Shown piece by piece: positions 29,683 to 37,772 of a stretch of DNA of 38,404 nucleotides. The position numbers were made by a program, and so were the translations under genes. Under the pieces are notes generated by a model. The model ran no database searches. It was not told the origin of the DNA and worked only from the letters and a program-made list of their open reading frames with translations. This DNA comes from Pseudomonadota bacterium. GTDB taxonomy: Bacteria; Bdellovibrionota_B; Oligoflexia; Oligoflexales; CAIYRB01. Location of the stretch: the NCBI GenBank assembly GCA_031416315.1, contig JANOTL010000204.1, positions 1 through 38,404 of the forward strand. Reading direction: 5' to 3'. The first letter of the stretch is position 1; every line of letters starts with the position of its first letter.

Positions 29683-31413
29683 ATGAAGCCGAATGACCTC
29701 AACCGGAAGCTGATCTGTCTCGCGTTGCTCGCCGGCGCCTCGACCTCCGCGTATGCCTCGAGCCACCGCGAAGCCCCGTCGATCGCCAAGGATCCCGCGG
29801 CTGACCTGACCGACCTCTACGTGTTCAAGAGCCCGCAGCAAGCCGACCATTACACGTTTGTCATGAACGTCTCGCCCGCCTACAACTCGTACGCCGGCCC
29901 GAACTGGTACGGTTTCGACGACGACGTGCTCTACGAGCTGCACGTCGACAACGACGGCGACGCGATCGAGGACGTGACCTACCAGTTCAAATTCGCGACC
30001 AACGACTATCGCAACATGGAGAACAAGGGACTGATCGTCTCCTACTTCCCCATCATCGGTTACGACCCTGAGCAAAAACGCTACGTCGGCTTCGAAGGCG
30101 CCCTCGGCGCGCAAGGCAAGCCGGCGCTGGCGCAAACCTACACGGTGACCAAGGTGACGGGCGGCCGCCGCGCCGCCACCCGCACCGACGTCGTGACCGG
30201 CGCGCTCGTCGCCCCGCCGCGCATCGGCCCGCACACGACCGACGTCGGCGCCGGTTTCAACGGCCTCACGGCCAAGACGCTCGCCGAGACCTACGACGGC
30301 TACAAGGCGCTCGCCGCCAACGCCATCAAGCCCGTGGGCACCGCGAAGTACTTCGCCGGCCCGCGCAACGATCCATTCTACGTCGACTTGGGCGCCGTCT
30401 TCGACCGCGTCAGCCCGCGCGTGTACCTCGGAGACCAGCCGGGCGGTACGGCCGTCACCGGCGTTCCCCGCGACGCGCTCAAAGGCGTCAACTGCCTCTC
30501 CATCGTCTTCGAGGTTCCGAACACGGACGTATTCGGCGCCACGTCGAACAACAACATCGGCGTTTGGGCCACCACCAGCCGGCCGCAGGCCAAAGTGCTG
30601 CGCACCGACGGCTCGGCCGATTTCGTCGGCGGCGGCTACGTTCAGGTCTCGCGCCTGGGCAACCCGCTCGTCAACGAGGTCGTGATCAAAGTCGGCGACA
30701 AGGACAAGTTCAACAACACTCAGCCGAGCAAGGACGTCGAGAACTTCGCGCCCTACGTGACCGATCCCCAGCTGGCCTTCGTGCTGAACGTCCTCTACCA
30801 CGACGGCCAAGGCCTCGGCGGCCTGGCGGATGGCCTCACGGTGCCCTCAGCGGTCTTCGGCAAGCCCTTCATCGAGAAGATCACGGGCGCTGGGCGCCAG
30901 GATCTCGTCGACGTCTTCGTGGCCGGAATCGACGGGGTCTCCCGCTACAAGAACGCCACCGGCGCCGGTGACATGGTACGCGTCAACAAGGGCCTCACGA
31001 GCGGTGCCCTCGGCATCCCGGCGTCGACCTTGCCGACCAACACGATCGTCGAAGGCTGGCCGCTCAACGGCCGCACGCTGGAGGACGACGTCGTCAACAC
31101 GGCGCTCACCTTCCTCGCCGACTGCAAGTTCCTCAGCGGCCTCAACGTGCTGCGCGCCACGGGCCTCGACCTGAAGTATGATCTCTCGGGGATCCCCGGC
31201 TGGGCGAACCACGACGTCGGCCTCCCGACCGGCACGATCGCCGCCGACAACCTGGCCCCCGCCAACTGCCTGCTCGACGACTTTGTCTCCAAGCCGGACG
31301 CGACCCCGGGCTCGGCCTCGACCAACGGCATCGTCGCGGCTTTCCCGTACGTCGACGAGCCGCATTCTTCATACTATGACCGGATGACGGTGCTCGCTTA
31401 CACGTACCCGTAA
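29683..31413 (+). CDS. Secreted DUF4331 family protein
   Basis: Signal peptide then SSHREAP, DLTDLYVF, FAGPRNDPFYVDL, QVSRLGNPLVNEV, NGRTLEDDVV and FPYV. Confidence 0.9.
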   Translation: MKPNDLNRKLICLALLAGASTSAYASSHREAPSIAKDPAADLTDLYVFKSPQQADHYTFVMNVSPAYNSYAGPNWYGFDDDVLYELHVDNDGDAIEDVTYQFKFATNDYRNMENKGLIVSYFPIIGYDPEQKRYVGFEGALGAQGKPALAQTYTVTKVTGGRRAATRTDVVTGALVAPPRIGPHTTDVGAGFNGLTAKTLAETYDGYKALAANAIKPVGTAKYFAGPRNDPFYVDLGAVFDRVSPRVYLGDQPGGTAVTGVPRDALKGVNCLSIVFEVPNTDVFGATSNNNIGVWATTSRPQAKVLRTDGSADFVGGGYVQVSRLGNPLVNEVVIKVGDKDKFNNTQPSKDVENFAPYVTDPQLAFVLNVLYHDGQGLGGLADGLTVPSAVFGKPFIEKITGAGRQDLVDVFVAGIDGVSRYKNATGAGDMVRVNKGLTSGALGIPASTLPTNTIVEGWPLNGRTLEDDVVNTALTFLADCKFLSGLNVLRATGLDLKYDLSGIPGWANHDVGLPTGTIAADNLAPANCLLDDFVSKPDATPGSASTNGIVAAFPYVDEPHSSYYDRMTVLAYTYP

Positions 31414-31432
31414 CGTCCGCGAGACGCAAAGG

Positions 31433-31464
31433 AAGCTTCGGCAGCGCTGCCGGGGCTTTTTTTT
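31433..31464 (+). terminator. Intrinsic terminator of the DUF4331 operon
   Basis: AAGCTTCGGCA/TGCCGGGGCTT stem (two G-U pairs) followed by T8. Confidence 0.85.
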
Positions 31465-31495
31465 CGTTCGCCGGCGGTCGTCTGGTCGACTCCAC

Positions 31496-32392
31496 TCACC
31501 CCTTAGCCGGCGCCGCGGGCACCAATGCCCGCATCGTCGCGACGCGCGCTGAGCGCTCCGATTTGAGCCAGGTTACGAGCTTTCCAAGCGCCGACTGCGG
31601 CGTCGCCGCCTTCGCTGCATAAACCGCGACCAAGGGCATCGCCAGCGGATAGGTGCCGTCCGCGACGGTCGCATTCGTCGGCGCGACGCCGTCCACCTTA
31701 AGGATCTTCACTGGCGACAGGGGATGCGCCAGATTCTCGGTGACGAAGTTGTAGCCGAACGGCGCGATGGCAGTCTTGTCCTGCGACACGCGGATGGACA
31801 CGTCCTCCGGCTCGATCGCGGTCTTCTTCGGCATCGACGCGATGATAGCCTCCGACAGGACGCGCAACTTCACCAGAGGCGCCGCCCAGGCCTTGAACAT
31901 CGTGTCCGGCAATGCCCAACTCACGGGCCCGTCCTTGCCCGCGGCCACGGTCCCGAGCTCGCTCCACTTCAGCGCGCCGAGCTTCTTGCGGGCGAGCACC
32001 GCCGTCCATTTCTTCAGGTCGATCGATTCGATCGGCGCCGCCGGATGCGCCATGACGATGCCGGCAAAGGAGCCGAGCGTCACCTCCTCGAGGCCGGCGG
32101 CGCGCTCCGCAGCGGTGAGATGCCGTGTCGCCGTCGTGACGACGGCACCGGCGACGACCGCCTTCGCGGTGGCGCCGCGAAGGTGCAGGGGCTCGTCCTT
32201 CAGCCAGTCGCCTTCGACGGCTTTCAGCTCGAGCTTCACGCCGGCCTGCGCCAGCGAGTCCTGCGCGGCGCGGAAATAGTTGAAGCCCGGGTCGAAGTAG
32301 GCGCGCACGGTGACGACGTCGGACTCGGCTAACGCCGCGGGGACGAAACCGAAGGCAAGGGCCGTAGCGGCGAGGCTCAACGCTGATTTCAC
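31496..32392 (-). CDS. Divergent PstS-like (PBP type 2) substrate-binding protein
   Basis: Signal peptide ending ALA; ATRHLTAAE, IVMAHP.API.SI and KILKVDGVAPT.ATVADGTYPLAMPL resemble the PstS/PBP_like_2 family. Confidence 0.75.
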   Translation of the reverse strand: MKSALSLAATALAFGFVPAALAESDVVTVRAYFDPGFNYFRAAQDSLAQAGVKLELKAVEGDWLKDEPLHLRGATAKAVVAGAVVTTATRHLTAAERAAGLEEVTLGSFAGIVMAHPAAPIESIDLKKWTAVLARKKLGALKWSELGTVAAGKDGPVSWALPDTMFKAWAAPLVKLRVLSEAIIASMPKKTAIEPEDVSIRVSQDKTAIAPFGYNFVTENLAHPLSPVKILKVDGVAPTNATVADGTYPLAMPLVAVYAAKAATPQSALGKLVTWLKSERSARVATMRALVPAAPAKG

Positions 32393-32554
32393 GGTGGTGC
32401 TCCAGAAGTTCGCTCCCGAGAATCCGCGACACGGCGCGGCCTCGCAAGCGTTTTCATGGAGAAAATCGCCGTCTGGTGGATTTTCCTCAAGCTTTTGCCG
32501 CGTTTCGCCGATCAGGAGACGAAGTTTTCTCCATCTTGCGTCTCGGAGTCGCCC

Positions 32555-33574
32555 ATGCCGCGTTCGTCGCGCCTACTTTTCGCCGTCACGTTGGTCGTGA
32601 CGCTCGCAGCCGCCTGCGAAGACAGCAACTTCGCCGGAGGGTCCAAAGGATCCGCCGACGCGAAAGGTAAGGGCAGTGGCAGCGGCAGCGACCCGAAAGA
32701 CACGGGCTCAAAGCCGAAGCTCGAGAAGGACAAGCTCACGATCCCGGTCGGGGACAAGAAGAAGTCCAAAGAGAAGGTCGACGGCTGCATCTCTGAGAAC
32801 GTGAAGATCGCCAAGTGTGATCCAAAGACCGGCGAGATCACCGGCGTCGCGCCGGGCAAGACCACGATCCGCGTCGACCTGCCCGACGGCAAGAAGGATA
32901 TCGTCGTCACGGTAACCGAAGGCGACGGCTCGGGCAGCGAAGACAAGGACGACGGCAGCCCGGGCTCGTCGAGTGACGACGCTGATACCGACGTCGGCTC
33001 GGGCTCCGGCACGGCCTCGGAGCCGAAAAATCCGGCGATCGAGATCGACGACGCGACCTTCGCTTGCGACAAGGGCCAAATGGGCCTCGTCGGCAAAGTC
33101 TACAGGCTGCCGGCAGGCACGGGGGCCCTCCCGAACCTCGACGCGATGGCGCCCATCGGGCAGATCGACGCAACCAACCTCAACGTCCCGCCCCGGGAGT
33201 GGGAAGACGGCTTTCCGGCTCTTCCCGGCATGATCGAGTGGTTCGCCATCAAGTTCTTCGGCCAGATCGAGATCCCCGCGGACGGCGCCTACCAGTTCAA
33301 GACGCTGTCCGACGACGGCTCGAAGCTCTACATCGACGACCAGCTCGTGGTGAACAACGACGGGACGCATGCTCCTGTGGAAAAGGAGTCGGCCCCCGTG
33401 ACGCTGACGAAGGGCGTTCATCGCCTGTCGGTCGAATGGTTCCAGGGCCCGCGCGTCCAGATCGCCCTGCAGATGTTCTGGAAGCAGCCGGCCTCCGGCT
33501 ACGAGATCATCCCAGCGCAGGTCCTGAAGCACGGCTCCGACTGCACGCTGCAGAAGCTCGGCACTTTTCCCTGA
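32555..33574 (+). CDS. Lipoprotein with Ig-like (Big_2) and PA14 domains
   Basis: Lipobox AAAC; SENVKIAKCDPKTGEITGVAPGKTTIRV (Big_2-like); YQFKTLSDDGSKLYIDDQLVVNNDGTH...LTKGVHRLSVEWFQG (PA14). Confidence 0.85.
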   Translation: MPRSSRLLFAVTLVVTLAAACEDSNFAGGSKGSADAKGKGSGSGSDPKDTGSKPKLEKDKLTIPVGDKKKSKEKVDGCISENVKIAKCDPKTGEITGVAPGKTTIRVDLPDGKKDIVVTVTEGDGSGSEDKDDGSPGSSSDDADTDVGSGSGTASEPKNPAIEIDDATFACDKGQMGLVGKVYRLPAGTGALPNLDAMAPIGQIDATNLNVPPREWEDGFPALPGMIEWFAIKFFGQIEIPADGAYQFKTLSDDGSKLYIDDQLVVNNDGTHAPVEKESAPVTLTKGVHRLSVEWFQGPRVQIALQMFWKQPASGYEIIPAQVLKHGSDCTLQKLGTFP

Positions 33575-33649
33575 GGCGTCATACGCCCGCCGTGTGCCGA
33601 AGCTCCAGGCGCTCGCGGGCCAGCTCCAGCTCGGTGTCGTTCGACGTGC

Positions 33650-34768
33650 TCATGCGCGGCAGCGCGGCAGCCAGTCCCAGGTGGAGAAGCGCGTGCCGTC
33701 CCGTTTCGTTCCCGAGGCTGCGAGGAGGCCGCTTGCCGCGTCGACCGCGGCTCGCGTATCCAGCGTCACAATGCCGTGAGCTTCCAAAGTCGTCACCTCG
33801 CCCGGATCGCTGACGCCGTTCCCGTCGCGGTCGCGCCACAAGGCGATGCCGGCGAGCTCGGGGCCGGAGACGAGCCCGTTCCCGTCGTCGTCCAGTGCGG
33901 CCAGAGCCTCGTAGCCGTCGCGCCAAAAGAGCCACCAGCTCACGGCGCCGAACAGGTCGAGGCCCGAGTCGATGCGACCGGTCCCGTCGCCGTCGAAGAC
34001 GAGCCACGCGGCAGCGTCGCGGTCGATCCATTCCCAGGCGCAGCCGCCCTTGCCGCGTCCGTCGAGATCGAATGCCACGCGCGCCGCGCGGTCGACGACC
34101 GCCTCGAGCTCTCCCCGTCCCGAGAGGTCCACGAGGACGGGGGTTACGGCTCGCGGCTGCTTTTGCGCTAAAAGAAGCCGCTCTTCGTACCGCGACAGCT
34201 CCTCCATGTCCTTCTTTGGATCGAGCAAGGGCTTTGCGTATTGGATCGCCTCGCTGAGCAGATCCCAATCGGGCCCGCCGGAGCTTTTGCCGTTCTTGTA
34301 CGAGGTCTCGATCACCTTGCGGTAGCGGTTCAAGGCCTCCGTCTTCTTCCCGCTCTGCTCCAGGCACCAAGCCAGGCCGAGCACCGTCACCAAATGCTCC
34401 GGCCGCTCCTTCTCTGCGCGGAGGTACAGGTCGACCGCTTTCTCCAGGTGCGCCTCGGCCGTCTTCACCACCGCGGGGCTTTCGCCGATTTGGAGCTGGA
34501 ACGGCAAATTCTTCGGGGCGTAGCCGAACCATGGCTCGTCGGGCTCGCCCTTGCGCACCTCTAGCTCTGAAGTCTTCGCCGCGTAAGCCATCGCGTGCAC
34601 GCGCGCCGTGCGGACGAGCAGGTCGAAATCCTTCGGCGCCGCCGCCAACTTCTTCTCCAGGTTGGCGGCGAGCCTCGCGACCGGCACCTTCTCCGTTTGC
34701 ACGGTCGCGTATCTGCCGAGGGCCGCGGGTGAAAGCAGCAAGGCGGCCGCCAAGATCAAGAATCGCAT
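33650..34768 (-). CDS. Secreted TPR-like protein with C-terminal FrpC self-processing-module-like Ca2+-binding domain
   Basis: AGGAG RBS; signal peptide; TPR-like LGLAWCLEQSGKKTEALNRYRKVI; then PVLVDL...FDLDG...W...DGDGTGRIDSGLDLFG...GYEALAALDDDGNG...LWRDRDGNGVSDPGEV. Confidence 0.8.
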   Translation of the reverse strand: MRFLILAAALLLSPAALGRYATVQTEKVPVARLAANLEKKLAAAPKDFDLLVRTARVHAMAYAAKTSELEVRKGEPDEPWFGYAPKNLPFQLQIGESPAVVKTAEAHLEKAVDLYLRAEKERPEHLVTVLGLAWCLEQSGKKTEALNRYRKVIETSYKNGKSSGGPDWDLLSEAIQYAKPLLDPKKDMEELSRYEERLLLAQKQPRAVTPVLVDLSGRGELEAVVDRAARVAFDLDGRGKGGCAWEWIDRDAAAWLVFDGDGTGRIDSGLDLFGAVSWWLFWRDGYEALAALDDDGNGLVSGPELAGIALWRDRDGNGVSDPGEVTTLEAHGIVTLDTRAAVDAASGLLAASGTKRDGTRFSTWDWLPRCRA

Positions 34769-34904
34769 CAGCTCTTCTCCTGAAACTGAAAGGCGCCCAA
34801 CGCCGGCTCGACGGTGTCGGCCGGGGCGTTCGGTTTTCATCGCCCCATTTGCAGGATACCTCATTAATCCGCCTTTCGGGACGCGGCTCAGGTACGATCG
34901 GATC

Positions 34905-35891
34905 ATGGTGAAGGAAGATACGCAGTTTCGTCCGGTCGAGAAGCAGCACGTCCATGGGAAGGGGTGTGCGGAGGAGCACGGGCATAATCACGGTCATGCT
35001 CATGGTCATCTTGGTCACCACCACCACGGCACCGTCGACAATCTAAAAGTCGCCCTGATCCTGAATTTCAGCTTCTCGATCATCGAGTTCATCGGCGGCA
35101 TCTACACCGGCAGCGTCGCCATCCTCGCCGACGCCGTCCACGATTTCGGCGACAGCCTGTCGCTCGCGCTCGCGATCGTCTTCGAGCGCGTCGCGAAGAA
35201 GGGCTCGGACCAGAGCTATTCCTACGGCTACCGCCGCCTCTCGCTCCTCTCCGCGCTCCTGACCTGCGGCTTTCTGCTGGCCGGCTCCACCGCCGTCGTC
35301 ATCCAGGCCGTCCCGCGCCTGTTGAATCCGGTGATGCCGAAGGTCGGTGGCATGATGGTCTTCGCCCTCATGGGCATCGCCGTCAACGGCTACGCCGCGT
35401 GGCGCGTGCATCGCGGCGGCAAGACGATGAACGAGCGCGTCGTTTCCTGGCATCTGATCGAGGACGTCTTCGGCTGGGTCGCCGTCCTGATCGGCGCCGT
35501 CGTCATGGCTTTCGTCGACGTGCCGATCCTCGACCCCGTGCTCTCGATCGGCTTCACGCTCTTCATCCTCTATCGCGTCGCGCAGGCGCTGAAGGACACT
35601 CTGAAGCTCTTCCTGCAAGCGACGCCCGCGAGCGTCGATCTGCCGGGCCTCCGCCGCGCGATCGAGGCCCTGCCGGGCGTCCGCGGCACCCACGACGCCC
35701 ACCTCTGGTCCCTAGACGGAGAGTCCCACGTCCTCACGCTCCACGTCGTCGTCGACGAAGGCATGGCGCAGGAGCTCTTGAAGACCAAGATCCGCCTGCT
35801 CGTCGCCAAGCGCGGCAAGATCCATGTGACGCTCGAGATCGAGACGTTGGGGGTAGAGTGTCCGGAGATCGATTGTGGGGAGCCGCCCTAA
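34905..35891 (+). CDS. Cation diffusion facilitator (CzcD/ZitB-like) metal exporter
   Basis: His-rich N-terminus; SVAILADAVHDFGDS, YSYGYRR, WHLIED and HDAHLWSL motifs. Confidence 0.92.
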   Translation: MVKEDTQFRPVEKQHVHGKGCAEEHGHNHGHAHGHLGHHHHGTVDNLKVALILNFSFSIIEFIGGIYTGSVAILADAVHDFGDSLSLALAIVFERVAKKGSDQSYSYGYRRLSLLSALLTCGFLLAGSTAVVIQAVPRLLNPVMPKVGGMMVFALMGIAVNGYAAWRVHRGGKTMNERVVSWHLIEDVFGWVAVLIGAVVMAFVDVPILDPVLSIGFTLFILYRVAQALKDTLKLFLQATPASVDLPGLRRAIEALPGVRGTHDAHLWSLDGESHVLTLHVVVDEGMAQELLKTKIRLLVAKRGKIHVTLEIETLGVECPEIDCGEPP

Positions 35892-36862
35892 CGCAGCACT
35901 CCCTTACTCCACTCCCGCACCGCCGCCAAAGCCTGCTCATAATAAAGCGCGATCTCCGAGAAGAGCTCATGCCGCGCCCCCGGCACGAGCTTGAGCTGCA
36001 CTTCGGTGCCGCTCGCGCTCGACGCGGCTTGCACCCAGCGCCGGAACGCCTCGAACTCCACCACGGCTTCCTTCGTGCCGCCGAGCACCAGCGTCGGTAC
36101 GGTGAGACGCGCGAGCTCTTTCGGGGAGAAGCACGTCTCGATCGCCGCGAAGGTCGCCGCGATCCACGAGAAGGTCGCGCCCGGCACCGGATAAGGCGTG
36201 TTCTGCATGCGCCGGTATAGTTCGGAATGATGCGTGAGGCGATTCGCCTCGAACGGGATGTGGGTGTAGCCGCCGGCGCCCGAAGCCATCGTTCCGAGGC
36301 TCGCCGCGCGCATGAAGGTCGCGAGCGAGCGCGCCATTGGCCTCGGCAAGGGCTCGTTCGGCATGCCGAGGAGCGGGGACGAAAGGACCAAAGACTCCGG
36401 CCGCAGCTGCCCCTTCAGGACGCCGTAGAGCGCGACCAACCCGCCCATGGAATGCGAGAGCAGCGCGTACGGCGCTTTGCCCACAACCGCGTCGACGACG
36501 ATCGCCGCGTCGGACGCGAAGGTATCGTACGAGTCGACGTAAGCGCGCGCGCCGCCCGATGCACCCTGCCCGCGATGGTCGAAGGTCAGAAAGCCGCAGT
36601 CCGAAGGCAGCTGCAGGTCTTTGGCGAGGTAGGCGTACTTCTCCAGCCATTCGGTGCGCCCGTTGGCGAACACGAGCCAGCGTTTCGCCGCGACGCCGTG
36701 CGGCGGATGTTGCACACCGTAGCGCAGATCGATCTGATCTTTCGCGTCGCGGATCGTGCGGATGTCGAGCGCCGCCGTGGCGCGCTCAACCGAGCTCGGG
36801 TCGAAGCGCATCGTAGCCCGTTCCATTGGGACGTCCCGTTCGGGCCGACTCTCCTGGCTCAT
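35888..36862 (-). CDS. Alpha/beta hydrolase, lysophospholipase L2 (PldB)-like
   Basis: NGRTE, FDHRGQGASG, SHSMGG nucleophile elbow and ARHELFSE. Start at 36862 (or 36811) overlaps the 3' end of the GDPD gene. Confidence 0.85.
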   Translation of the reverse strand: MSQESRPERDVPMERATMRFDPSSVERATAALDIRTIRDAKDQIDLRYGVQHPPHGVAAKRWLVFANGRTEWLEKYAYLAKDLQLPSDCGFLTFDHRGQGASGGARAYVDSYDTFASDAAIVVDAVVGKAPYALLSHSMGGLVALYGVLKGQLRPESLVLSSPLLGMPNEPLPRPMARSLATFMRAASLGTMASGAGGYTHIPFEANRLTHHSELYRRMQNTPYPVPGATFSWIAATFAAIETCFSPKELARLTVPTLVLGGTKEAVVEFEAFRRWVQAASSASGTEVQLKLVPGARHELFSEIALYYEQALAAVREWSKGVLR

Positions 36863-37610
36863 ACCGCCTTTCATCGACCGCCGCCGCTTCGAGCCATGCC
36901 TTGAGCTCACGCGGATAGTTCGTGCAGAGGCCGTGTACGCCCAAGGTCTTGAGCTGCGTCCAAAGGCTCTCGCGGTCGTGATCCTCGCCCACCATCTCCG
37001 CCCAAGCATAGACGCGCCAGCCGCGCGCGGCCGCCTGGTCCATCAAGTTCTCGTTCACGAGCCGAGCATGCGGATGGAGGATGTCGGTTCCAGCCTTGTC
37101 GAGGAAGACCTGAGGCGCGAGCACGGCGAAGAAGGGCCAGGAGAAGGAGTCCGCGCTCCAAAGGCAGGCCCGCTCGATCTCCGGATAGTGGTCCTTGATC
37201 CAGACGAGCGGCTCCGGATGAAAGCAGGAGACGATCACCTTGTTGCGTTGCGGGTGGTTCGCCACCGCCTCGCAGACGACGCGCGCCAGCTCCTGCGAGT
37301 GCCCCTTGATCTCGATGTTGAGCTCGATCCTCGGCAAAAGGCGCGTCACCACCTCGTCGAGAAAGGGCAGCTTCTCGCCGCTCTTCAGCTTGAGCTTCGC
37401 CAGCTCGGAGCGACCGAAGTCGGAGATCCGAAGCGCCCTGCCAGTGGTGCGCAGCATGTCGTCGTCGTGCATGACGACCGCGGTGCCGTCGCCGGCAAGC
37501 TGCACGTCGAGCTCGATGCGCGTCGCACCGATCTCGCAGGCGAGCTCGAAAGCCCGCCAGCCGTTCTCCAGCGCTTCCTTGTTGGCGCCCCGGTGGGCGA
37601 TCACCAGCAT
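36786..37610 (-). CDS. Glycerophosphodiester phosphodiesterase (GDPD/UgpQ-like)
   Basis: VIAHRGA...EN, IELDVQ, VVMHD, LNIEIK and GLCTNYP motifs; GGAG RBS. Confidence 0.92.
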   Translation of the reverse strand: MLVIAHRGANKEALENGWRAFELACEIGATRIELDVQLAGDGTAVVMHDDDMLRTTGRALRISDFGRSELAKLKLKSGEKLPFLDEVVTRLLPRIELNIEIKGHSQELARVVCEAVANHPQRNKVIVSCFHPEPLVWIKDHYPEIERACLWSADSFSWPFFAVLAPQVFLDKAGTDILHPHARLVNENLMDQAAARGWRVYAWAEMVGEDHDRESLWTQLKTLGVHGLCTNYPRELKAWLEAAAVDERRYEPGESARTGRPNGTGYDALRPELG

Positions 37611-37772
37611 CGCTACGAGACTCCCGAATTCACGAAGAGGATTCATCCCTTATGTACCGCGAATCCCGGCCGTGCCCAAGCTCTATCCGTGCAATTCCTG
37701 CCCACTTTCGGCGTCCGGGCTCGCCCCCTACAATGGATTCATCCATTCAAGGTGCTTCTAGGGAGGTCTCCC

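Noticed and set aside
34780..34890. NiCo (czcD) riboswitch upstream of the CDF gene
   Set aside because: An imperfect hairpin and GCCGGG/GGGAC fragments are present, but there is no GAGCAGG segment or closing P1, and the region abuts the RBS of the divergent gene. An Infernal search would settle it.
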